Made by a program: the position numbers and the translations under genes. Below the pieces are notes generated by a model. That model worked only from the letters and a program-made list of their open reading frames with translations, made no database searches and had not been told where the DNA came from. This document shows, one piece after another, positions 47,326 to 57,631 of a stretch of DNA of 61,357 nt (positions within the stretch are counted from its first letter, which is position 1; each line of letters opens with the position of its first letter). The stretch is from Patescibacteria group bacterium (GTDB lineage: Bacteria; Patescibacteriota; Patescibacteriia; Patescibacteriales; UBA12465): the NCBI GenBank assembly GCA_049317985.1, contig JBMOHF010000005.1:1-61357 (forward strand), written 5' to 3'.

Positions 47326-49656
47326 CTAAATTGCGAGGGCTTCGAGCACCTTACGGGCCAGAAACTCAGCATGCGTCTTGTCTATCATTGAAATTGCGTC
47401 AATAAACTTCTTCACTGTCCATTTTTCAGACTTCCATAGTTTCATAAGATCAACGGTAAACGACTCTTTCAAATTTTCATATGAATAGTCATCTTCAAGA
47501 TTAAATAAATTTATTCTTTCTTGTAGTCCGAAAGTTAACCAACTAGGGTGATTGCTTAATGTTATTTTATGATTTAAACCAATTCTTATGCAATCCGAAT
47601 CAAACGGCATCTTACGCCAAGCTTCAACGAACGCTTGCCTTTGTGGCTCATTAGCAAAGAGCCTAATAATTTCAGCAGGTTTCAAATTATGGGCCCAAAC
47701 TTCGTCGATATTATTGAGATTGAAATTACTGTAATACCAATAATATTTATTAAGTCGATTGACGAAAGAAATCTGATGATTCAAATATACTTTAGCTTCT
47801 CCTAAAGCTTCTTCTATTGATTTTTCTCCATTTGCGAAGATTCTGTTTTGTAATTTAACTTGTAAAGTATTTTTCACTGAGTCAGAAATGAAGACTGGCT
47901 TAAAATTTTCACAAGAAATATTGTCACAATTTGTTAATTCATACAAATCATCTAGAAGCCAGATAATATTTCGATAGCTTAATCTTCTAAAAGCAATAGC
48001 GATAAGAGCTTTGCTTCCTGAACGATGTTCATATCTTGCCAAAGCATAAATAGCTCTGCGAAGACAATTGTAATCTGATTTAGTGCGCGTAATAAAATTT
48101 ACCAGCTTCTTCATCAGAATTTCCGACGCGGGCCAGTTATGATGCTCCAGCGAAATGCTATTTAATAAACCAATTGTCTGAGAAAAATTTAATTCTCTGG
48201 AAACTAAATGATCTAGAATCGCCTCATTGTTCTCGGGATGAATCCATTCCACAATTCGGCAAGCATCAGTAGTCCGATAACTTGGAAGACATTCAACAAC
48301 ATGAGCAAAAAATAACTCTTTGATTCTTTCAAGGCATCTTTTATTAGACCACTCTAAATTGAAGGGTTTTTGTTGGTTATTACTAGAAATGCTCGATCTT
48401 AAAATTCTGGAAACAGAAAATAAATAATGATTATTCGAAATTAGTTTTTCAAAATCACTAGAATTAAATGTGTTCTTATTAATTCTTTCAATAACTTCAT
48501 TTTTCCAGACATCATTAAATTCTGTGATTTCAAATTTTCGAATGAGAATAACCTCCATTAATTCATATAGCGATTCTCTGCCTTGAGAGATGTCGGGAAA
48601 TAATGTGGATTTTTGAATCGCTAAAAGGGTAAGTTCCGATAATGATCTTTTTGGATTTACCCATTCGGGGTCATTAACCCACATTTTAACCATTCGGGGA
48701 CTATCTGCTTTATGTGGTTGAGGACGAAGTATATCAATTTTTTTGGACAAAGACAGCTTCTGATAATACTTATTCTCGCTAAACTTAAAACCGCCATACT
48801 CAGGATGAAATTTCATCAAACTCAGCAAAGTTGCTGCTGGTGATTTTTGACACAGCTTTCCAAAACGCAATCTAGCGACTTCTCCTTCAGCTGAAAGAAG
48901 AAATTGTTCCATCGCGTCTCCGGGTTCAGAAATGAATGACTCAATGTCATTTAAACTAAAGGTGCATTCAACTGATTTCAAATACAGAGGACCGGCTTTT
49001 TGTTTATTCGCAAAGTATTTTCTAGTGGCAAACTGCCATAGATCTTCACTACTTTGAAAATATTTGTTCGATTGAAATAGCCGGATCATTATTCTACCAA
49101 TAAACGGAAACACCTCAGTCTTCATTTGTTTACTGATATTCGTACCATCAAAAATTTGAAGTTCTGATGAGTGATCATCGGGAAATGAACTATTAACATT
49201 ATAGCTCTCAAAAAACTTTTCAACGTCATCAAAAAATATTGACGATGATTTTTGATACTCAGGCCAACGCTCAATCAGTGCAATAAAAACCTTAGAAATT
49301 TGTCCTAGATCCTCGGAAATTTCCATCTCTGATCTAGTAGAAAGACGAATCCAAAGTTGAGCCGTCATAATTGCATAACACAGCCCGTCATCTCGATTTT
49401 TCTTATTGATAAATTTATCAATATACAGTTCAAGAATCACTTCGAAATACTTTGGACTTTCCGATGAAAGTTTTAGTATTTTATGGGCCTTAATTCCAAC
49501 AACATCCGACCGGCTAAACAGAGCGATTAATTTTTCGCGCGAACAGCGCCCACCAGACATAAAAATTTGCAACGTTTCGAGGGGATCATTGCCCCTCTTC
49601 TTTATTTCTTTAAGCGTCAACAAAGATGCTTTTAGAGTGTTTATTGAATTATCCAT
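47326..49656 (-). CDS. large hypothetical protein (probably alpha-helical)
   Basis: 776-aa ORF, strong SD AAGGAGG, terminator at 47294-47320. Confidence 0.7.
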   Translation of the reverse strand: MDNSINTLKASLLTLKEIKKRGNDPLETLQIFMSGGRCSREKLIALFSRSDVVGIKAHKILKLSSESPKYFEVILELYIDKFINKKNRDDGLCYAIMTAQLWIRLSTRSEMEISEDLGQISKVFIALIERWPEYQKSSSIFFDDVEKFFESYNVNSSFPDDHSSELQIFDGTNISKQMKTEVFPFIGRIMIRLFQSNKYFQSSEDLWQFATRKYFANKQKAGPLYLKSVECTFSLNDIESFISEPGDAMEQFLLSAEGEVARLRFGKLCQKSPAATLLSLMKFHPEYGGFKFSENKYYQKLSLSKKIDILRPQPHKADSPRMVKMWVNDPEWVNPKRSLSELTLLAIQKSTLFPDISQGRESLYELMEVILIRKFEITEFNDVWKNEVIERINKNTFNSSDFEKLISNNHYLFSVSRILRSSISSNNQQKPFNLEWSNKRCLERIKELFFAHVVECLPSYRTTDACRIVEWIHPENNEAILDHLVSRELNFSQTIGLLNSISLEHHNWPASEILMKKLVNFITRTKSDYNCLRRAIYALARYEHRSGSKALIAIAFRRLSYRNIIWLLDDLYELTNCDNISCENFKPVFISDSVKNTLQVKLQNRIFANGEKSIEEALGEAKVYLNHQISFVNRLNKYYWYYSNFNLNNIDEVWAHNLKPAEIIRLFANEPQRQAFVEAWRKMPFDSDCIRIGLNHKITLSNHPSWLTFGLQERINLFNLEDDYSYENLKESFTVDLMKLWKSEKWTVKKFIDAISMIDKTHAEFLARKVLEALAI

Positions 49657-49826
49657 TAATTACCTCCTTTATATTAAATTACTAATTTATTACTGAATTT
49701 TCCAAATAACCATCTTTATGATAGAAACTTAGAAAACCCAGCAATATCTTGGTAATTGTTTATTTTTAATGATCAATAATAACTGAGAAATATACCATAT
49801 ATATTCGTCAATTGTCAACAGAAAAT

Positions 49827-50042
49827 AAAAAAGCCATTAAATCTACTTAGTAGAATTAATGGCTGAAAAACGGCGATCGAAATAGAATTGCTTCTAAACT
49901 TCTTTTTTGGATTTATTATTTTTTCCAGAAATTTAGAACGCTTCTTCAAGATTGTGTATTAATTAGCATCCGTTTTGAGGGACCTTCCCTATTCCCTTTT
50001 GGAATTTTTCCACTAGAGGGAAATTTCGATTATTTCGACGTT
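49827..50042 (-). ncRNA. candidate stand-alone structured small RNA (about 210 nt)
   Basis: TTGACA(50077-50072)-17-TAATAT promoter, end-closing stem, internal stems, terminator at 49827-49864, and no ORF longer than about 16 codons on the transcribed strand. Confidence 0.55.
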
Positions 50043-50091
50043 AATTGAATATTAATTGAAGATTGAAACGTTGTCAATAAGCACGTCGGAC

Positions 50092-50469
50092 TTAGAATCT
50101 TCCAACATCCTTGACGTGTGCATACATATTAGAAGAGTAAAACCCACTATTTTGATCGAACGGCTTAATAAAGCATTCGATCAAATTTGTTTTGAGAAAC
50201 ATTTGATCCATCGCAACGACGATATTAGCTGCTAATCTATTTCTCACTTTTTCAGTTCTTTCCGGCTTATCGAATAAGCCTTCAACAAAAATAATCACTT
50301 CCTCTCCCAGACCTTTTTTCATTTGGTCACGGGGAATAAAGACGGAAACGTCTTTTGTTTCCAGAGCTAATTCTGGAACATCGACAATCGTTTTAATTAG
50401 ACAATTAACAACTTCTTGAAGTTGTTTTTCTGATTTTCCGGTAACTCCGTAAACAATGAGTACTGGCAT
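50092..50469 (-). CDS. tautomerase/MIF-superfamily-like protein
   Basis: N-terminal Met-Pro, beta-alpha-beta duplication, SD AGGAGG. Confidence 0.55.
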   Translation of the reverse strand: MPVLIVYGVTGKSEKQLQEVVNCLIKTIVDVPELALETKDVSVFIPRDQMKKGLGEEVIIFVEGLFDKPERTEKVRNRLAANIVVAMDQMFLKTNLIECFIKPFDQNSGFYSSNMYAHVKDVGRF

Positions 50470-50593
50470 AATTGGTTCCTCCTAAATTGGTTTAACAATA
50501 AATTTTAATGATCAATAACTGAATATATCATTTATATCGAAGATTGTCAACAAAAATAAAAAAGTCTCCATTTTTTTTAGGAGACTTAAGAAA

Positions 50594-53500
50594 TTATTTT
50601 GCATTATTGCAGCACCAATTGTAAGCATTCTCAAACATCTTGAGCCATGGGGACTTCACTTCTTCTCCCCATTTTTCTGGCCAATAAGCCCATTGCCATT
50701 TCAAGAATGTTCGTTCCGGATGAGGCATCATTGCCAGATGTCTGCCAGATGGATCGCATAAAGCAGCGATCCCAAACGGTGAACCATTGGGATTAAAGGG
50801 ATATTTATTTGTAATACCACCTCCATCATCAATATAGCGAATCGGTGCCAAATTATCGGCAAAAATTGCTATTTCAACTTCATCATTGGGACAGAAAAAT
50901 TTACCCTCACCGTGAGCCACCCAGATTCCTAATTGTGAACCAGCCATGTCTCTCAACATAATAGCTGGGCTCGGTAAAATACTCACCGTTGAAAATCTTG
51001 ACTCATAACGACCAGAAGTATTTTTGATAAATCTTGGTTGTTTTATGTCACTATCAATATTTCCGGGAACCCAACCTAACAAGGCGGACAACTGACACCC
51101 ATTACATACTCCTAGAGAAAAAGTGTCTGGACGATGATAGAAATCATCAAACATTTTTTTCAGTTTAGTATTAAAACGGATAACACCCGCCCATCCCTTA
51201 GAGGAATCAAGAACATCAGCGTAACTAAAGCCGCCAACAAAGGCGACTCCTCTAAAATCAGCGAGATCTATTCTCCCGGCTAAAAGATCGGTCATAGCAA
51301 CATCACAGGGTAAAAAACCAGCATGGAAAAAAGCCGAAGCCATTTCTCTGTCGCCGTTAGACCCCTCTTCGCGAATTATTGCCACTTTGAATTGATGGTT
51401 CGGTTGGATTTGCTTTTCTTTCGAAGAGAGAAAATCAAAATGATAATTTGGCCCCTTCCGTCGACGATTGTTTTTTCTTTCTTCCCAGGCAACACCAGAT
51501 TCGGTTTGTAATTTTTCCAATTCGAAACTCGTGGCCTCCCAGCAACCTCGCAATTCTTCAACTGACAAATTTAAGACTAACTTCCCTTCTACTTCTAACG
51601 AGATAAAATTATCATCTTCGGAAACTGTATTTCCTAAGATTTGATATGGAATGTCTGCCAATAAAGTAATGACTGTTTCTTCGTTCTCCGGCAAGTATTC
51701 GACCAAGTAACCGGCTTCTTCCGCAAAGACTTCAGGAATTATATTATAATCATGACAAATTAATTTTCCAGAAAATCCAGAATTGCCAGAAAATAACATT
51801 TCTAAAAGAGAAACAATCATTCCTCCATCACTAACGTCGTGCCCTGATAAGATTAAATTTTTATCAATACAGCTTTGAATAAACTCAAAACCGCTTTTAA
51901 ATAAATCAAAATCATCAATATCCGGACAATCATTACCAACCTGGCTATAAACTTGAGCCAGGGCTGAACCACCTAAGCGGCGTCTCCCATTAGCTAAGTC
52001 GACCCACAAAATTTTACTTTTGCCGGGAGCCTTAATGTCTGGCGTAACCTTTTTGGTAATATCAGGAACAGAACAATATGCTGAAATAACCAACTCTAAA
52101 GGTGATTTTACGATGCTGGTATTTCCTTCTTTATCAGTAACTTTAGTTGCCATCGAAAGACTATCTTTACCGCCATCAACAGCAATCCCCAGAAAAACCA
52201 TAAAATCACGCATCGCAATTGCAGCATCATACATTTTTGCCCCCTCGCCTGGTAATTTTGGGGCACCCATCCAATTTGCCGAACATTTTATGTCGCCTAA
52301 GCCACTTAATTTGGCCCAAACAATATTAGTTAAAGCTTCCGCAACCGCCATTCTGGCTCCAGCGGCTGAATTAACTAACATCTTAATTGGTTGTTCGCCA
52401 ATTGAGGCCGCAGCACCGGAATATACCGAAAAGTCATTCGTAAAATGACTTTGAGCAACCACCGAAACATCTGCCACAGGCAAATGTAATGGTCCACAAC
52501 CTTGTTGTTGAGCAATTAACCCAGTCACACTGCGATCTACTTTATTGATCAAATAGCTTTTTGAACCGATAGACGGTAAACGCAAAACATGTTCTAAGGC
52601 TATACCAATGGCTAATTTTGATGGTAAATGTAATGGTTTTAGCTCTAAAGGTAAGCGAGAAGAATAAAAGGTCTTTTGTGGCATACCACCTAAAACTTCT
52701 TTTAATTCTAAATTAATTGGTGTAGATCCGTCACGGCTATCAAAAACCGTAAAATGTCCGTCACCAGTAACTTCTCCCAAAACTTCGCAGGCCACTTTCT
52801 CGCGCTGACAAATTAAAAGAAATTCTTCTAATCTTTCAGGTCTAATTAGCAACCCATTTCGTTCCTGATATTCACACACCCATATCTCTAAAATCGACAT
52901 ACTGGAATCACCAATATTAATTTTTCTAATATCAATAACCCCACCAGCATGTTCAACTAATTCTTTGAGGACATTAGCTGGACCACCAGCACCTTGGTCA
53001 TGAATACTGATAATGGGATTTTCGTCGCCCATCTCAACACAAGCCCGTACAACACGGTTCATTTTTTGTTCCATTTCTGGATCTCCGCGCTGGACAGCAT
53101 TAAAATCTAATTCGATTTTATTTTCACCCTGCATTAATGAAGACGCCGAGCCTCCTCCAAAGCCGATACGATAACCAGGTCCGCCGATAGAAATTATCTG
53201 CATTCCTTTCTCCGCTTCCTGCTTAATGAGATGACGATCATCAATCTGACCAATCCCCCCGGTAAACATAATTGGTTTTAACCATTCAGTTCTTTCTCCG
53301 TTAGGAAGGAACAGACCGTTAGAGCGAACAAAACCCTGGATCAAAGGTTCTCCAATTTTGTTACCGTAATCCGAAGCTCCATTTGAAGCATGAATTAAGA
53401 TTTCCAAGGGAGAAGCTAAATTTGGCGGATAAGCCAAATTAGTTTCTTCCCAAGGCAATGGATAATCTTTCAGATAAAAATTTCCGACACAATAACCAGC

Positions 53501-54424
53501 AATCCCAGCAAGCATTAAGCCGCCACGACCAGTAGCTTGAACATCACGAATTCTTCCTCCGGCACCTGTCTCCGCTCCGGGTGTTGGCGCTATCCCTGAG
53601 GGAAAATTATGAGTCTCTGCAGTAAATAAGAAATGAAATAGCAATTTTTTCTTTTCAAAGAGTTGATAAGGGTCAGTAATTTTTGGCAATAGAGTAAAGA
53701 TACTAGCACCACGGATAACACTTGAATTGTCACAGAAAGCTAATAGACTATTATTTACATTTGCTTCCAGGGTTGACTTCACAATTTCCATTAGAGTTTC
53801 ATTCTGAGGATCGCCATTGATAACTTGCAAACCTTTGAAATATCCATGTCGTGAATGTTCGCTATTGGCATTATTGAGATCCATGATTTCGGCAATAGTT
53901 GGATTGCGCTGACACTTACCAACAAAATAATTGTAGTAAGTTTCTTTGTCATGCTCATCCATGGATAAACCTTCTAATGCATTAAAAGCAGCAACTCCTT
54001 TTTCCAACAACGGAACATAGGTAATTTCTTTGGGCTGTTGTTCGCTTTCAAACGATTCTAGCGGTTTAACATAGATGATTTCGGTCATGCGATCATAAGA
54101 AATATCAATTAGCGAAGCGACCCGCTTCCTAATTGATCTTTCTAAACGAGTAACGCCAGTAACGCCACAATTTTTCAAAATTGAGACGGCGTTAGTGCTC
54201 CACGGAGTAGCAAAATTCAACAGTGGACCGACTTCCACAATTTGCATCACGGAAGAAGCTTCCAACTGGCTTACAGTCTTCAGCTTTTGCGGTTCAAAAG
54301 TTTCAGATAACAGCCAAACGATGATGTCCGACTCCTTACTACTTAAAGGACTACTGATTTCCATGTTGAAGCAATACTCCAAATCAGGATTTATCAGACG
54401 ATAAAAATGTTCTACTTTTTTCAT
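50594..54424 (-). CDS. purL: phosphoribosylformylglycinamidine synthase, large single-chain form
   Basis: NSEHSRH, ETHNFP, DGGKDSLSM, HDVSDGG, REEGSNGDREM, GVCNGCQ and MMPHPER. Confidence 0.95.
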   Translation of the reverse strand: MKKVEHFYRLINPDLEYCFNMEISSPLSSKESDIIVWLLSETFEPQKLKTVSQLEASSVMQIVEVGPLLNFATPWSTNAVSILKNCGVTGVTRLERSIRKRVASLIDISYDRMTEIIYVKPLESFESEQQPKEITYVPLLEKGVAAFNALEGLSMDEHDKETYYNYFVGKCQRNPTIAEIMDLNNANSEHSRHGYFKGLQVINGDPQNETLMEIVKSTLEANVNNSLLAFCDNSSVIRGASIFTLLPKITDPYQLFEKKKLLFHFLFTAETHNFPSGIAPTPGAETGAGGRIRDVQATGRGGLMLAGIAGYCVGNFYLKDYPLPWEETNLAYPPNLASPLEILIHASNGASDYGNKIGEPLIQGFVRSNGLFLPNGERTEWLKPIMFTGGIGQIDDRHLIKQEAEKGMQIISIGGPGYRIGFGGGSASSLMQGENKIELDFNAVQRGDPEMEQKMNRVVRACVEMGDENPIISIHDQGAGGPANVLKELVEHAGGVIDIRKINIGDSSMSILEIWVCEYQERNGLLIRPERLEEFLLICQREKVACEVLGEVTGDGHFTVFDSRDGSTPINLELKEVLGGMPQKTFYSSRLPLELKPLHLPSKLAIGIALEHVLRLPSIGSKSYLINKVDRSVTGLIAQQQGCGPLHLPVADVSVVAQSHFTNDFSVYSGAAASIGEQPIKMLVNSAAGARMAVAEALTNIVWAKLSGLGDIKCSANWMGAPKLPGEGAKMYDAAIAMRDFMVFLGIAVDGGKDSLSMATKVTDKEGNTSIVKSPLELVISAYCSVPDITKKVTPDIKAPGKSKILWVDLANGRRRLGGSALAQVYSQVGNDCPDIDDFDLFKSGFEFIQSCIDKNLILSGHDVSDGGMIVSLLEMLFSGNSGFSGKLICHDYNIIPEVFAEEAGYLVEYLPENEETVITLLADIPYQILGNTVSEDDNFISLEVEGKLVLNLSVEELRGCWEATSFELEKLQTESGVAWEERKNNRRRKGPNYHFDFLSSKEKQIQPNHQFKVAIIREEGSNGDREMASAFFHAGFLPCDVAMTDLLAGRIDLADFRGVAFVGGFSYADVLDSSKGWAGVIRFNTKLKKMFDDFYHRPDTFSLGVCNGCQLSALLGWVPGNIDSDIKQPRFIKNTSGRYESRFSTVSILPSPAIMLRDMAGSQLGIWVAHGEGKFFCPNDEVEIAIFADNLAPIRYIDDGGGITNKYPFNPNGSPFGIAALCDPSGRHLAMMPHPERTFLKWQWAYWPEKWGEEVKSPWLKMFENAYNWCCNNAK

Positions 54425-54589
54425 GAGTAATGATATTTGATTTATACTAAATTTATTTGTATTTTAAGGTTCAAAACAACTATTGCTAAACAATATTTGT
54501 TACCCAGATATTAGTAATTTTTCATTAAAATGTCAAATATTTTAAATATAAAAAAAGTCCCATTTTTTAATGAGACTATGTTAAATACT

Positions 54590-55264
54590 TTAGTACGTGA
54601 GGATTTTTTTGGCCGCAATATTAACAGCGGTTGGCAACATCGCCCATTCATAGGGCAAAACGTGTTTTTGGAGTTCTTCCGCGGCGGTTTTCAAATCAAT
54701 CGCTTTTTCAACTATCAATCGGAAAATAATCTCAAACGGAATTTCCACGCTGACCTGTAATAACGGTTCACCAGAATCATACTCTAAAACGACTTCATGT
54801 ACGGTGGGATACGTAAAAAATCGATCGCTAAAAGCTTTTTTCTCTCGAGAAATTTGGTCTGCTACATGGAGCAAAACTCTTTCATGTACTTTCAGTCCGT
54901 ACATCCCCTTGCCGCCGAAATGGGTTAAACCCGCAGGATGAATATTGTAGATACTTATTCCTTCAACCGGCAATACTTTTACGATACAGCCCACTAAAAA
55001 TACTAACTGACAATTCAATCTTCTCAAGTGCTCTACTAAAAATTTATTAAAATCTTCTTTGTTCGAAATCAGCTTCGGATCCAGTAAAATACCTGGGATG
55101 CCGAGCAGGCTAGCTTTTTCCAAACAGCCAGCATCCTTTTTAGTGCTAATCAAAGCAACTAGATTAATGTTGGGAATAAACCCATCTTTATAAGCTTGCA
55201 TAATTGCTAGGGCATCAGTACCACTACCGGAAGCAATTAATATGGTTCTTACTTTTTGTTCCAT
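54590..55264 (-). CDS. purN: phosphoribosylglycinamide formyltransferase
   Basis: ASGSGT, YNIHPA, GGKGMYG and HEV...YDSG. Confidence 0.85.
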   Translation of the reverse strand: MEQKVRTILIASGSGTDALAIMQAYKDGFIPNINLVALISTKKDAGCLEKASLLGIPGILLDPKLISNKEDFNKFLVEHLRRLNCQLVFLVGCIVKVLPVEGISIYNIHPAGLTHFGGKGMYGLKVHERVLLHVADQISREKKAFSDRFFTYPTVHEVVLEYDSGEPLLQVSVEIPFEIIFRLIVEKAIDLKTAAEELQKHVLPYEWAMLPTAVNIAAKKILTY

Positions 55265-55470
55265 TACTATCCTTTCTTTTTATTAAATTGTTAATTAATG
55301 AGAAAAATCATTACCCTTAGATTAATACAATGCATTGATTATTGTCAATAATATTTAAATCAGCCACCAAGCCAGTTGAATGAAGCTGCCTATCTGTTTG
55401 ACATTAAACAGAATTGTGCTAAATTTGAATTTCGCAAATAACAGTTCGTAAACAACAAAAATCAATCACA

Positions 55471-56079
55471 ATGAAGAAAAATCAGAAAATCAGTTTTATT
55501 TCTTTAGTCGTTCTAATTGCACTCTTTAGTTTTAGTATTAAAGTAGTCCAGGCGCAAAAGTTAACTAATTACATGTGGCAACTACAAAACCCTTGCGTTG
55601 CCGCTACTAGCGGCATTATGTATTTTAGTACTGATAGTGTTCATTACACCGAAAAAAATATGCAAACCGGACAATCATCCTCAATGATCGGTACCTATTC
55701 ATTTTCTGGAAACATTATTACGATTTATGCCATCGGTTTTGCGCCGACAAATTACACATTTGTTTGGTTTTCACCAAATAAGTTTGCGCTATGTACGGGC
55801 GATATTTGTAACATCTTCGGGAAATTTGGCACATACGAGGATCAATACATGAAAAATCTGCTTAACAACATGGTGCCACCATGTGGGAATGGAGCAGGAT
55901 ACAAAGTGGATGAACCATACGAAGTTTGCTATACATGCCGAGGCACAAAGAGCTGCCATGTCTGTGGAGGAACTGGAATATATTCTAACTACGGTAGTTC
56001 TCATACTTGTGGAGCCTGCAATGGCACCGGAACTTGTTATCGTTGCGGCGGAACTGGCAAAGAAAAAACAAAAAAATAA
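55471..56079 (+). CDS. secreted protein with C-terminal DnaJ-type CxxCxGxG zinc finger
   Basis: Signal peptide ending VQA-Q; CYTCRGTKSCHVCGGTG...CGACNGTGTCYRCGGTG. Confidence 0.72.
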   Translation: MKKNQKISFISLVVLIALFSFSIKVVQAQKLTNYMWQLQNPCVAATSGIMYFSTDSVHYTEKNMQTGQSSSMIGTYSFSGNIITIYAIGFAPTNYTFVWFSPNKFALCTGDICNIFGKFGTYEDQYMKNLLNNMVPPCGNGAGYKVDEPYEVCYTCRGTKSCHVCGGTGIYSNYGSSHTCGACNGTGTCYRCGGTGKEKTKK

Positions 56080-56143
56080 TGGAGCTTAAACCAAAAGCAA
56101 AAGACTATCCAAGAATAGTCTTTTTTTATAGATAATTTTCTCT

Positions 56144-56662
56144 TTAGCCTTTTAATACTTTAAAATAAATTTCGCTACTTCTAACTCCAAGATTTTTTGC
56201 TTTCGCTTGATATTTTAATTTCAGAATTTGCTTCTTATTCTTCTCATTCAAATTTGTTCTTACGAGGTTCATTAATTTCTCGGTTGGCTTAAAAATTTCA
56301 TTAATCATCCAGACGTCAACTTTCCATTTTCTACCCTTAAAATCTGTTTTGAGTCCGATATAAAAACCTTTAGGAAAGCCAATATGTTTTCGCTCTGTCC
56401 AATCGTAATATAAATAACCATTAAAATCGTTCTGGATAATTAAATCATTGAGAATTTCAATACTTCTTTTTTTATTAAGGTCTTTATTGATAATAAATAA
56501 ATCAATATCACCATCCATCATTAAATCCATAGCATAACTACCGCTAACGACAACTTCTCCATATTTTAAGAGCTTTTTAACAAGATCGGTTTTTTTCAAC
56601 AAGACGTCGGCCTCTTGATGGAGGGTGTTCGAAAAGTTTTGATAGTTAAATGTCATAGACAT
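56144..56662 (-). CDS. nucleotidyltransferase-fold protein
   Basis: GSY...GDIDL motif and a third Asp in KVDVW. Confidence 0.65.
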   Translation of the reverse strand: MSMTFNYQNFSNTLHQEADVLLKKTDLVKKLLKYGEVVVSGSYAMDLMMDGDIDLFIINKDLNKKRSIEILNDLIIQNDFNGYLYYDWTERKHIGFPKGFYIGLKTDFKGRKWKVDVWMINEIFKPTEKLMNLVRTNLNEKNKKQILKLKYQAKAKNLGVRSSEIYFKVLKG

Positions 56663-56687
56663 TATCTTAATTATGATTTATATATTC

Positions 56688-57602
56688 CTACCCCAATAAA
56701 GGCAAAATCTGCTTTCTTAAAATTAATTTATCATTCTTCGCCACGCCGTTATTATCAAAAGAAACGTTTAAAGCCTTTGCTAGCATCATCTCTGTTTCGG
56801 GCTCTAGGGCGACGAAAATGTTGTAGCCGCGATTGATATCACAAGCGGTGAGAAAGACGCGGTCTAGGGCGTTTTTAACCTTCTGGCAAGCCAGGATTTC
56901 TTTGATCTCTCCCAACCTTTCATTTATTAAAATCTCCAAATCATAGCCTTCAAGTTGAGCAATTCCCGTGCCTCCAACAAAGCCTTTAAAATCACTGGCA
57001 ATTACTTCTGCCAGATTCTCAGAAATATCTTTTGTCTTGTGACGGAACATTTCTTCAATCAGGCTGTCGCTAATTGCTTCCCTAGCCTGCTTGCGGCAAT
57101 AGGCCACGACTTCAAGATCGCGGTCAGTAGCGATTGTCAGTTGAAGATTGAGAGTATTAGAATATATTGCGCCATAGAGCAAAGCGAGACTGCCGATGTC
57201 TAAAAAGAAATTCTCGGCTAAGGCTTTTTCTAAAACCAAAGTGGCGGCGGCCCCAACGGGCTCAATCTGAACTTTCGCATTAGGAAATAATTCAAAAGCA
57301 TTGTGAACAGCGCGATGGTCAATGACTTCAACAACATCTTCCGAGCGAATCACTTCCGGCATCCCCTTGAGATCACTGGCATCAACGAGAATGAATTTCT
57401 CAAAGGGATCAACGGGATTAAAAGTTAGGCCACTTTTGAGATTATATTTTTCTAGCAAAAAACTCACCTCGCTTTGTGGTTTACCAAAAATACCAGCAAC
57501 ATATTCATTGTCTGGATCACTGGCATTTAGAACTTTGGCGAGCGCATAAGCGCAAGAAACCCCATCCAGGTCCGGATTAATTTTAGGAGTGATGAGAATC
57601 AT
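56688..57602 (-). CDS. DHH-family Mn-dependent inorganic pyrophosphatase-like protein
   Basis: NPDLDG, ILVD, VIDHR, DFKGF and LRKQILP. Confidence 0.78.
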   Translation of the reverse strand: MILITPKINPDLDGVSCAYALAKVLNASDPDNEYVAGIFGKPQSEVSFLLEKYNLKSGLTFNPVDPFEKFILVDASDLKGMPEVIRSEDVVEVIDHRAVHNAFELFPNAKVQIEPVGAAATLVLEKALAENFFLDIGSLALLYGAIYSNTLNLQLTIATDRDLEVVAYCRKQAREAISDSLIEEMFRHKTKDISENLAEVIASDFKGFVGGTGIAQLEGYDLEILINERLGEIKEILACQKVKNALDRVFLTACDINRGYNIFVALEPETEMMLAKALNVSFDNNGVAKNDKLILRKQILPLLG

Positions 57603-57631
57603 AAATACTAGAATTTTTCTAAAAGACTTTC

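Noticed and set aside
55265..55470. ZTP or purine riboswitch upstream of purN/purL
   Set aside because: No consensus segments seen; only divergent sigma70 promoters and a short GC patch.
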